DNA of 64,000 nucleotides from positions 288,796,001 through 288,860,000 of the forward strand of contig OZ024743.1 of assembly GCA_964016885.1 (NCBI GenBank). Direction: 5' to 3'. Shown in pieces: positions 1 through 12,173 of the stretch. Origin of the DNA: Eledone cirrhosa (Eukaryota). The notes below the pieces were generated by a model that saw only the letters and a list, made by a program, of their open reading frames with translations, was not told the DNA's origin and ran no database searches. The translations under genes and the position numbers were made by a program. The first letter of the stretch is position 1, and the number at the start of each line of letters is the position of its first letter.

Positions 1-821
1 GAGAAAATGCTTTGTGATATCTACTCCGACTGTTTCTGATTTCAAATCTCGAGGACCACTTTGTCTTTCATCCTTCCAGTCTCGAAGAATAAAGTAACTA
101 TCTAGGTCGGTAGACTTGTGGAATCGTTAATGTTGGATGGTGTGTCCTGCAGCCTTTGTTCTCTCACCTTGCGTTTTTACTTTACATCTCCATGTGACCT
201 ACTTGTGTGGTAGCCTTCATCTGTCATCATCTAGTAATTTGGTTACGTTTATCGAAGTCCGCCATGATGGAAGCAATCTTGGTAGGTCACTGATTACGAG
301 TTTCTTCATCCCTACTCCATTTACCCAGTCTTGGGAACCCTAAAACCTCCATGAGTATTGACCTGTCCCACGGGCTAAGCAATAAACCATCTATGTCTAA
401 CAATATCAAGAAGAAAAAGTAAATGGAGACTAGATACAAACAAGACAATAAGTGAATGAATGGGTGGTGCAAAGGAATACAAGACAACTAGCACACCACC
501 AACAACTCTAACATAACCAACATCATCAGCAGAATCACCATGAACACAGGCAAGACCACCAATATCTTGACAAACGCCACCAACAAATTAACAACAATAC
601 TGTCAGCACAACCATCATCACTATCACCCAGCAGAACCAATAGGTCTACTATTACTATCCCCACAACTCGTAGCAGCATCATCCGCTACATAACCCTTAG
701 CAACACCAGCACCAGGTGCAGTATCAACAACACATCCACCACAACCAGCACTACCTCTACCAACAGCAACAACAGTAGCAGCAGCAAAACCACCACCACC
801 AGTTTGTTAAAATACCATAAT

Positions 822-1006
822 TGTTTCTACTTTAGGCACAAGGCCAGCAATTACCCAGTACATTACTGGTACTTTATTTTATCGACCCCGTAAGGATGAA
901 AGGCAAAGTTAACCTCGGCGGGATTTGAACTCAGAACATAAAGGGACGTAACTATTCTAGAAAGCATGGCGTCCGACCCTCTACCGATACTGCCAATCGA
1001 CCGCCC
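822..1006 (-). mobile_element. tRNA-derived SINE (major family), full length
   Basis: Reverse strand has A-box-like TGGCAGTATCGG, B-box GAGTTCAAATCC and the body GCCTTTCATCCTTACGGGGTCGATAAAATAAAGTACCAG. 18-bp TSD ttgttaaaata(c/t)cataat at 804-821 and 1007-1024. Confidence 0.9.
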
Positions 1007-1474
1007 TTGTTAAAATATCATAATGAAACTATGGAGAAGGAAATGAAAGAGAATAAAAATGTGGGAGGGGATAACTTTAGGCCTTTGACTGAACAACGAA
1101 CTCTCAACTGTGGCTCAGGAACAAGATGGCAAAAGTCTTGCCACGGATAACTGCACTACCCCGCGAGTCAGCCATTGCGAGAACTTCCTTCTGAGAACGT
1201 GTTGTTGATGCTGTTGTTGTTCATGTTGCTAATGTGTTTGCTGATGTTATTGTTTTGTTCCTGTTATTTTCTAGCTCCAGGTCAGACCTGATCAAACTGG
1301 TATGTTATCAAAAGAGCTTTCAATCACTAACGTCCCACTATATATTTCGACACGGCTTAGCTAGGACTACATTTTTAAATGTGTCCATCAATTTTTAAAA
1401 GACTGTAGTAGTAAAATGAAAATGAAATTTGATTGTTATCCCCGGCGGCATACAGGTTTTATTGTTGGTTCGTT

Positions 1475-1574
1475 GTAGTAGTAGTAGTAGTAGTAGCAGT
1501 AGTAGTAGTAGTAGCAGCAGTAGTAGTAGTGTTAGCAGTAGTAGTAGCAGTAGCAGTAGAAGTAGCAGTAGCAT

Positions 1575-1634
<60 letters not shown>

Positions 1635-1757
1635 CAGCAGCAGTAGCAACGGTGGTGATGGTGGTGGTTGTTGTGGCTGTAGCAATTGTATGGCTTTTAG
1701 TAGTAATGATAGTAGTAGTAGCAGTATCAGCAGCGGCAGTAGTAGTAGTAGTAATAA

Positions 1758-1805
<48 letters not shown>

Positions 1806-1850
1806 CAGCAGCAGTAGCAGCAGTAGTAGTAGTAGTAGTAATAGTGGTGA
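1475..1850. repeat. (TAG)n/(CAG)n trinucleotide microsatellite
   Basis: Long agtagt/agcagc runs explain the poly-S/V/L ORFs. Confidence 0.95.
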
Positions 1851-2209
1851 TGGTGGTATTGGTGGAGGTGGTAATGTTTATAGTAGTATGGTAATTAAAC
1901 TACTTACACTTATAATTACTAGTGTTACTAACGTTAGTAAATGCAAAATAGACTAATGAAAACTACGCTATGTAAATTCTATCAGAGTAGGAAGGGTGGG
2001 ATGGCATGGGAGGAACGGGGAGTGTGAATAAAACACAAACAAACAAAAGTGAAAACATACAAGGTATGTGTAATGTACTTCTGCTGGGTGTGGTAACGAT
2101 GAGTGTGTGAATAGAGTAGTAATATAGGTATTAACACGCTAACTTCGTAAATAGGTAGGTAGGTAGGATATGTTCCACCAATGTGAGGGATATCTATATA
2201 TGAATATTT

Positions 2210-2434
2210 GTATGTATGTATGTATGTATGTATGTATGTATGTATGTATGTATGTATGTATGTATGAATATTTGTATGTATGTATGTATGTATGTGTGTA
2301 TGTATGTATGTATGTATGTATGTATGTATGTATGTATGTATGTATGTATGTATGTATGTATGCGTGTATCTATGTATGTATGTATGTATGTATGTATGTA
2401 TGTATGTATGTATGTATGTATGTATGTATGTATG
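2210..2434. repeat. (TATG)n microsatellite (further tracts at 2810-2890, 3189-3275, 3687-3810)
   Basis: Direct tatgtatg runs. Confidence 0.95.
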
Positions 2435-2435
2435 A

Positions 2436-2810
2436 ATTCTAGGAGAAGGAAAACTCTGATATAACACCTGCAACCCTGATGGTATCCAATGATGTTGACT
2501 TGTTCTTCTTTTTGGTAAATATCATCTTGGTTAAGAGAGTGGGACTGGCTTTGTGCAGTGCCTTTGCTCACTATAAAAGCTTCACGGCACAGGCATTGCT
2601 TTATATCTGGAGATCTCTCTGCACTTGTCATCACATGGTACCATGGGCCCAGCACTATGTGTCAATAATTGTCACAAGTGTAGTGTTTGTACCAGAGTTT
2701 TCAAGTCACTGGCTGGACTAAGAAGTCACACTCGTTCAGCGCATCGGTAGGGGTCCTCCTGCATGGATATAAAGTAGTGGCCGTACTCGAAAACGAGTTG
2801 GCAGCCACCA
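2436..2810 (+). mobile_element. Unclassified interspersed repeat associated with (TGTA)n; second copy ~6815-7080
   Basis: Both loci share agagagtggga(c/t)tggct...ctcact...cttcac...gcattgc and ggcc(g/a)tactcga(a/t)aacgag..ggcagcca, each ending at a tgta run. Confidence 0.55.
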
Positions 2811-3867
2811 TGTATCTATGTATGTATGTATCTATGTATGTATGTGTGTATCTATGTATGTATGTGTGCATCTATGTATGTATATGTGTGTTCTTCTGGT
2901 TTTATAATTTCACAAAGTTTTACCAATAGAGAGAGAGTCGGTTTCTAACATAGACACAAGACTCTCTCTCATTGGAATTTACACAACATCAACTAGGTAG
3001 ATATGTATGTATGCATGCATGTGTAGATATGGATGTTATTGTATGTGTGGATGTGGATGTTTTGAGTTGTATGTGTGCATGTGTATATGCAGTTATTAGA
3101 TGCAACATTTTTGGAATGTTTTACATATTTTTACTGTTCCATTAATGGATTGTACTTGTAGTTTCCTAACTAGTTGTGTTCTTTCCTGATGTATGTATGT
3201 ATGTATGTATGTATGTATGTATGTATGTATGTATGTATGTATGTATGTATGTATGTATCTATGTATGTATATGTGTACCGTGTCTATCATTCTCTTAACT
3301 TCGAGTATATTTTTGACCGGCCACCTTCCTGGTGGCAAGGTTGTAAAAGAAAAGAAATTGTCATCCTTTGAATCGCAAGAATGTTTTGCAAACTTTGAAG
3401 GTGCCAGCTATCGCTGCCATTTGTAGACTATGAATTAGGGGGCTGCGCTCTTTGTCCGCAAATCCAAGTTCAGTCATACATTGGTCCAAGCGGGTTGGCA
3501 TATAACCTGTAGCTCCAATAATGATGGGTATGAAGCTAAAGGTTTATCTTGTATAGTGGATTTGTAAACTCCTCATCAATGGTCCGTAGATGTCCTCCTT
3601 CTCCTGTATTTTTCTGACAACGTTTACATCAAGTGGGCAGCTGATCTCTACAACAGAACACATTTTCAATGTGTGGTCCCAAATATCTATGTATCTATGT
3701 ATGTATGTGTGTATCTATGTATGTATTTATCTATGTATGTATGTACGTGTGTATTTATGTATTTATCTATGTATGTATGTACGTATGTATGTACGCATAT
3801 GTATACATCTATCATGAGAGTGTGTGTACACCACCCACATACGCTTATATATATATATATATATATA

Positions 3868-4740
3868 ATTAAAAGATCGATTGACATATATATAAACAAA
3901 TTCATCAAATATAAACGGGAGATAATTTGTAAAGAATGGAAGAACATATAATTACAAAAGGTAGCATATTAAAATTGAACAAAAACTTAAAATATAGTTA
4001 CCTGGCCATAACTATTTTTACTCCTTCATACATATTCCATTATTACTTTAGAAATATAGGGCGGTGGATTGGCAGTATCGCTTGAGTTACGCCCCTTTAT
4101 GTTGTGAGTTCAAATCCCTCCGAGGTTCGGTTTGCCTTTCAACATTACGGGTTCGGTAAAATTAGGCACTCTCCCTTTCCCTTGAAATTGCTGGCCTTGT
4201 GCCGAAAGTAGAAACAATTATTACTTTAGAAATATGTTTCACCATTAAATAGTGAAGTTCAAAAGTCAATTCTGGATCATTAGCGTGGGAGAGAAATCGA
4301 ACTATCTGAAGTCACACAGCTAAAACAAATCAGGGACTGTCGAAAAACGCACATGGAGTCGGGAAAAACCAGTGCGTCGTATCAATGTCCCGGTGACATA
4401 AATAGGTTTATCGACAGCTAGAAATAGCAGCCAAAACATTTCAACAGTATAAAAAATATTTAGGAACAAATTTATATTACTAACAAAAATATAGATGTCA
4501 TGTCTGAGAAAATCATACACATGCGCCATACCACTTGTAGAAGAAGCTCAAAGAATAATTCCAAGGAATAAATCCGAGCATTTATTATAAAATTAGAAAA
4601 AGACCGATTGATGTATATATAAATAAACATATACACCAAACATAGTTACAAAAGGTCCCATATTAAAATGTAACAAAACTTCAAATATTCTTCTACAGGT
4701 GGTATGACGCATGTTTGAGATATTCTCAGACATGACATGT
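3868..4740. mobile_element. Interspersed repeat family (related to 39000-39760) with local inverted repeat 4496-4545/4688-4738
   Basis: catgtctgaga..catgcgccat..tagaa..agctcaaaga and atccgagcat are shared with 39552-39720. The inverted copy is ttcttctacaggtggtatgacgcatg...ctcagacatgacat. Confidence 0.6.
4058..4216 (+). mobile_element. tRNA-derived SINE, internally deleted
   Basis: agggcggtggattggcagtatcg...gagttcaaatcc...agtagaaacaatt. 19-bp TSD attattactttagaaatat at 4039-4057 and 4217-4235. Confidence 0.85.
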
Positions 4741-4781
4741 ATATTTTGGTTAGCAATATATATGCACACACACACACACAG

Positions 4782-4846
<65 letters not shown>

Positions 4847-4884
4847 CTAATTTTAAAAACACCAAAGAATCAATGCATTTTCAA

Positions 4885-5040
4885 ACTGACATGTTTCAGT
4901 CGGGGTCATAGAATTGAAAAGCCTCAAAATTAAAAAAATTTAAATAAAAAAAAAAAAATTCTTTTAAAAGTTTTATACATTTTCTTAATATTTTTATAAC
5001 TTGACCTTCAGGATTTGGTTCAAGTTCAGCATCATCAGAG
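4885..5040 (-). ncRNA. Putative hammerhead ribozyme motif (long stem II) in a PLE-like 3' end
   Basis: Minus strand CTGATGA (5038-5032) ... GAAACATGTC (4897-4888) with palindromic stem III ACATGT. Stem I is poorly supported. Confidence 0.4.
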
Positions 5041-5495
5041 TTTATTTTTGCATTTCTATATTTCACATAGATTCTTAACTCATATATCAATCACATCAAT
5101 GACAACGATAACGACAGACAGCAAGACTATTCAAGAAATTACGAGATTTTGAGAAATCTCCAACAACTATAGATTTTCTTCACAAGAAAAAAGAAAAGGG
5201 CTCCTTAAAAATCCATTTCAAACAAACTTTTCAAGAACAAAAGCAAGGCAGTAGCTTCAAAGGTCAGTTTAAAAATAGAGTGTGGTGGTTGTGCAGGTGT
5301 AGTATGTTTTGTGAGAGAGTTACATGTGTAGAGTCATGATTAAATATAGATTTCATTAATGAAATTCTGGGAATATAGAATGAGTCGCGGCCTGACGGCT
5401 CAGCTCTTGCCGTTTCACAAGCTAATTCCAGATTGTTGACCACCTGTTGGACATTTATGCAATCAGCTACCCTTGACGTAGTTACAATTTAAGAC

Positions 5496-5496
<1 letters not shown>

Positions 5497-5526
<30 letters not shown>

Positions 5527-6305
5527 CTTCTTCTTCTTCTTCTTCTTCTTCTTCTTCCTGAGAGGGTCATGAGGGCAGAGTCCTAAAACACTCCTTCCAG
5601 CGGGTCCTGGCAGAAGCAACCGTCTCCAACTGATCCCGTTGGATCCCCAAGTGAAACCAGCCAAGCTCATGGATGTTATCCAACCATTTCGATCGGGGTC
5701 TACTCCTGAGTCTCCTGTTGGCTGGTTTTGCCTGTAAAATCTGTCCAGCGATTCTTTCTTGAGACATTCTAACCACATGCCCATAGGATCGGAACTGTGA
5801 TTTCTCAATTCGTAGAAGAGTGGCTCTATCTTGAGTGACTCTCTAATCTCCCAGCTACGCACTCTATCGAGTAACGTTACTCCAAAAACCCTTCGGAGGA
5901 ACCCCATTTCGGCCGCTTGTATTCACAATCGTATTCTTTCTGTCATTACCCAAGATTTATGACCATAATATAAGGGCTGGTACGAATACTGCATTAAAGA
6001 TAGCCGACTTCGGAATAAGAAGCCCACCTCCACACCTGCTATCAAGAACGCCTCTGGAGTTCTCCTCTCCTCACGGAGTTGCATCCTTGTGAAATGAAGA
6101 GAATACGTTGCTGATCTCGCAAACCCGACCACAACAGCATTTTCTGATGTACATGAGGTGTATCTGGGAACGGTGACTAATCTCTCCGAACCTGAGGTCA
6201 CAAGAGCAGTTAAATAGCTCAAATGAAGCAAGGCAGCTGGGGAAGATGAAATCCGGCCTGAGATATCAAAACCTTTAAATAGAGAAGGTAATCTCTGACT
6301 GACTC
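5497..6305 (-). mobile_element. RTE-clade LINE 3' fragment with (GAA)n tail and 5' inversion
   Basis: Minus strand encodes SWVMTERIRL..EMGFLRRVFGVTLLDRVRSWEIRESL..GHVVRM..RPRSKWLD and ends in (GAA)n at 5497-5557. 5985-6305 reads on the plus strand as ISEPEVTRAVK..KAAGEDEIRPE (upstream RT region). Confidence 0.8.
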
Positions 6306-6465
6306 TCATCTGTCAGTGATGCTATAAAACGTGCTGATCTGCAGCTGGTCACAAAAGTCATCTTCGGAGTGATGGACGAGGAAGAGATGAAAACGAAGAA
6401 ACAGGAAGAGACTGCAATCACTATGTATGTGCCTGTATAAGAAACCATTATGTATGTATACATAA

Positions 6466-6660
6466 TGGTGGTTTGGCAATATCGGTAGAGCTTCAGAAAC
6501 CATGCTTTGCAGCATAGAGTTAGAGTTATGGCCCTTTACGTTCTGGGTTCAAATCCCGCAGAAGTAAACTTTGCCTTTCATCCTTACGGGATCGATAAAA
6601 TAAAGTACCAGTAATACACTAGGGTAATTGCAGACCTTGTGCCAAAAGTAGAAACATTAT
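6466..6660 (+). mobile_element. tRNA-derived SINE
   Basis: ggtggtttggcaatatcggtagag...gggttcaaatcccg...tttcatccttacggg...agtagaaaca. Confidence 0.85.
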
Positions 6661-7680
6661 GTATGTATGTATATCGGGTCACATGGTCGAGCCGTCGCGA
6701 CTAAACCGGAAACCCCACCAAGTTTACTTGGTGTGGAGGGGGATTTTGGACACCCTGCAGGACAAAAACAAAACCTGACAAAGGGCAGAAGAACCCCTAG
6801 CCTTTGTCAGGGCATTCTTCTAGGAGACGGCAACTCAGGAAACTGGGATAACTCCGATATAAAACCTGCGCTCAGTAGTTACCGATGATGTTGATCTTTT
6901 CTTCTTTTCTGGTTATAGCTACTGTCTCTCAGAGAGTGGGATTGGCTCAGTGCACCGTCTTCCCTCACTTAAAAAAAATCTTCACCCACAAGCATTGCAC
7001 GATACCATTAATTGACAGTTATTAATAATGGTATATCATGTAATGGCCATACTCGATAACGAGGGGGCAGCCATCATCATGTATGTATAATGTATGTATG
7101 GGGATCAGAGAGTGACACTTGCGTTGTACAAGCCTTTGTCACTATAATCTATGATGGACAGATGTCTCTTTTGCAATCTTCTCCTCTGTTATTCCATCTC
7201 TCTGTCCAATGCAAGCCAGTGCTCTGAATTATTAGCGCCATATAGACATTAGGCCTGTTGCTGCAGCTGTTGGAGTGAACAGTGAATTTGCGCCTATGAA
7301 ATAACACCACTTCCGTAGTTTCACCTCATGAGCTGTAGTATAGGCAGGAGCACTTATGGTTCCCCAAACAAATGTCTTGGTCATTTTAAAACTGGTAGCG
7401 GCTATCTATATCGAAGTTTGATTTCAGGAAGAATAAAAAAATAGAGAGAAAGAGAGAGGGAGAAGAGCGGTGGAGAGGAGAGAGAGGTGGAGAGGAGAGA
7501 AGTGGAGAGCAAAAACAGACAAAATAAGAAAGTAGCCCAGTTGTGGACTGGTATTTCATTTATCGACCCCGAAATGATGAAAAGAAACGTTAATTTCGAC
7601 AGGCGTTGAACGCGGAAAGTTATAGCTTCCCGATTTTAACCGAATTAAAATTAACTTCTCTGTCTTTCTAAAACATTTAT

Positions 7681-7868
7681 GGATTGGCAGTATCGGTAAA
7701 GCGCTAGGCACCATGCTTTGCAGCATAAAGTTACGCCGCTTTTATAATCTGAGTTCAAATCCCGCCCAGGTTAACTTTGCCTTTCATCCTTACGAGGTCG
7801 ATAAAATAAAGTACCAGTAATACACTGAGGTAATTGATGGCCTTGTGCCAAAAGTAGAAACAATTATT
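7681..7868 (+). mobile_element. tRNA-derived SINE
   Basis: ggattggcagtatcggt...gagttcaaatcccgcc...agtagaaacaattatt. Confidence 0.88.
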
Positions 7869-8234
7869 AATGTTCTGTTTCCATTATGTAAGTTACATTA
7901 AATTTATAAGGAATAATGACATTATTATTTTCTTCATAACTTCGTATATTGTATATAACATCCCAATTTCTAACTTACCCACACGTTTATCTGAAACTAT
8001 ATATTCGGTAACATTGTCTTCTGTTTTCATCACTCCAAGAATTCGTAAGACGAAACAAGGATTTTTTTGTCAGTATTTTCACATTTTCATCCTAAAATAC
8101 ATACATATACACACACGCATACATCCACACACGTGTATTCATACATAAATGCATACATAAATACCTACATACGAATAAATAAATATATATATATATATAT
8201 ATATATATGGAAGGGGTGCGTATATATATATATG

Positions 8235-9268
<1,034 letters not shown>

Positions 9269-9280
9269 ATATATATATAT

Positions 9281-9706
9281 ATTGTTATACTTTGGGAGGG
9301 TCATGTTATATAAGAATAACATTAAGAAAGATGTATGTTGTGATTATATAAAGCGTTTATTCAATATAAATATTTCTATGGCTACCCTTATGCAATCCAA
9401 GATGTAGAATATGCATTTGTTGCTGGTATGGGAGCCATTTCTTCAAATAAATATTCGTTTATTTGATATGCTGCAGACAAAAACATGTTCTTCTTGTGTT
9501 CCCGGCGAGCGTATGAGTTCCTGAAAAGGTCCTTTAGGAACTTATATTGCCTGCAGCATATCAAATAAACGAGGAAATTGCTCCCAAGCAACAAATGCCA
9601 ATACTGCATCTTTGATTGTTTAAGTGTAGCCATAGATTATTATAATTAATATTATAATGAATAAACGCTTTATGTAATCACAACATCTTTCTTAATGTTA
9701 TTCTTA
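9281..9706. repeat. Fold-back insert: arms ~9311-9363 and ~9659-9706; terminus shared with 40818 and 61203
   Basis: taagaataacattaagaaagatg..aaagcgtttattca versus tgaataaacgcttta..catctttcttaatgttattctta. The terminus attgttatactttgggagggtcatgtt recurs. Confidence 0.7.
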
Positions 9707-10337
9707 ATGTTATCCTTATACTGAATCTCCATCCTAACTACGCACTATAAATGTAGAGAGCTTTCTCCTGCTTACTCCTGTTTATATATATATTCCCGGA
9801 GAGGTGATGGGTTCTGCCAGGTTTAAAAAATGCCCTAGAAACTCCGTATGTCAATATGGTGCGCCTATGACTCCCCAACAGTTACGGGTCCATACCATAT
9901 ATATATATATTAGGAATTTAGATCGATAGAATGCTAAATGCATAGAACCCTCCGCAATTATTTCGACCTTGTTCACCTACAATGCTCAACGAAATCCTGT
10001 GTATCTGAGAAAACTCATAAACAATATATCCATGGAGCAAAATTGACCAAATAGAAAATAAAAAAGCGGAAGCTTTTAAAGAAATCTAAATAGTTTAAAA
10101 GTTTATGAAACGGATGCTCAAGTACATTTCAAATCACGTAGACTGTATATTTTCCACCCATGAAAATACTTGCTAATTAGAATTATTAGAAATAGAAGGT
10201 AAGCAAACGTAGGTTTAGTTGGCCACATAAACAGGCTGTCCTTAATACAATGGAAAATTATTGCCATCTCCAGAGATAGGTGAAGCCAGAACTGGCTATC
10301 CCCTCGTGCACTGTTAGAGTAACGGCTAAAGGAACAA

Positions 10338-10393
<56 letters not shown>

Positions 10394-10395
<2 letters not shown>

Positions 10396-10530
10396 ATACT
10401 CATCTTTTTCCATTTCTTAGAGGGTTGTAAACCCCAAGATCAGGCTAAGGTCTTTTTAGTCAAATTATACGGCGAAAGATTACATTTCTATTTCTCATTT
10501 CAAACTCGCTCGCTGTTATACTTGTTATAT
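10394..10530 (+). repeat. Copy of the 48579-48715 fold-back family arm
   Basis: caatactcat..ttttccattt..gagggtt.taaaccc..atcaggctaa..tttagtcaaa.atacgg.gaaag matches 48580 onward. Confidence 0.7.
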
Positions 10531-10683
10531 GTGTATATATATAAACCATATATATATATAAACCATATATATATATATAAACTATATATATATATATAAA
10601 CCATTTATATATATATATATGTATATGTATATGTATTAATACATACATACACACACACACTCACATACACACCCACACAAACT

Positions 10684-10793
<110 letters not shown>

Positions 10794-11171
10794 TGTATAA
10801 ATATATATATATTGTATTATATTGTATAATATATATATATACATTGTATATATATATTTATATACACATACACACGTATATATATATATATATATATATA
10901 TATTTAATACAATAACAGAGATAGCTTAACGCTAAACTCCGACTGGTAACCATCTCACCCAACAAACATTAGGTTATATGTTAGTATAACCCAACTGCTG
11001 GCTCATAGCTGGCTTCATCCAGTGAATGACAACGTGATTTCCATTGGGAAAACCACAGGCAATGCGTTCAGTGGAACAGGTATAGAGCTGGTAGTGCAAA
11101 TGAAGCCTGAACGCATCGCCCAAATACCCGACAGAATCCTATGAGAGGACCACGGGTATATAAACATTAGC

Positions 11172-12140
11172 GTGGAGGGGAGAAGGCCGTCCTGCCATAT
11201 CTGTGCAGGCAGAGGGCACCTGAAGGCCGCTTGTCCCCAACTCAACAAAAAGAAAACCCTGCTACCAACACCAGCTCCACCACCACCACCACAACAGATA
11301 AACAAACAACAAAACTCAGTCCCACCCAACCCGTCCCTCAGTAAAACCACAACACCACCACAACACAAACAGTCACAACACATTACCCCAAAACAAAATA
11401 CAGGCCCACCCAACCTCTCACTCAATAAAACAACACAACCACCGCAGACACAACACACAACACAGTCTAACATAGTGACATCCATCTCACCCACAAAGAA
11501 AACCAACACGGAAACATTACCAGCAAACATACCTCTTCCCTCCAACACTGAAGATAACCCAACGAATTCGGAGGAAGAAACGGAGTCCTTCAGACAGATT
11601 AAAAGGAAAAAAAGAAAACATGTGCAAAACACACAAGGACAAACAACCCCCACCCAAATCTCAACACAATCCAACAAAACAGAAAACACCCCTCCAGCAA
11701 CAAACAAAACCAAACCTGCCCCTCCCCTCTTCGAAACACTCACACCATCGGAAAAAAAGACATTACACTATACTTACATCAACAGAAACAATAATAAATT
11801 AAATGAACTCATATACAATAATCCTTCGGTACAAACCGAAGGTGTAAACTTTGTTTCGTCAGAAAACTACCCACATTTAAAATTAATAAAGATCCCAATG
11901 AACCTCTACCAAAAACTAAAAAAGGATTTTAAGGAGGACGTAGGACCACCCTCTGTCAAACCCATAAACCGCGTCCTACTAAAAAGCTTTCCCCCTCCCC
12001 TTCCCCTCCCCAACACAACTCCAAACACCCCAACCCCACCACACACTGACGACCCCACACCACCACAAGACACCCCTTCACCCAACACCCCCGACCCCAT
12101 GGAAGTCGTGCAACCCGAACCCCGGGAAGCGGAAAGGTAG
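11172..12140 (+). CDS. LINE ORF1 C-terminal part (CCHC zinc knuckle, Pro/Thr-rich)
   Basis: CHICAGRGHLKAAC = CX2CX4HX4C. The frame continues upstream past a TGA near 11141. Confidence 0.75.
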   Translation: MEGRRPSCHICAGRGHLKAACPQLNKKKTLLPTPAPPPPPQQINKQQNSVPPNPSLSKTTTPPQHKQSQHITPKQNTGPPNLSLNKTTQPPQTQHTTQSNIVTSISPTKKTNTETLPANIPLPSNTEDNPTNSEEETESFRQIKRKKRKHVQNTQGQTTPTQISTQSNKTENTPPATNKTKPAPPLFETLTPSEKKTLHYTYINRNNNKLNELIYNNPSVQTEGVNFVSSENYPHLKLIKIPMNLYQKLKKDFKEDVGPPSVKPINRVLLKSFPPPLPLPNTTPNTPTPPHTDDPTPPQDTPSPNTPDPMEVVQPEPREAER

Positions 12141-12173
12141 GTCTCTACACTCTCCTTTGGCTCTGCCGCCCAC

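Noticed and set aside
1395-3951. ORFs rich in poly-S/V/L or YVCM/HTYI
   Set aside because: They are translations of (TAG)n and (TATG)n microsatellites. The same applies to all YI/HT/CV/RE/SL ORFs elsewhere in the window.
11015-11743. 242-aa antisense ORF
   Set aside because: Shadow frame of the C/A-rich LINE ORF1, with no recognisable domain.
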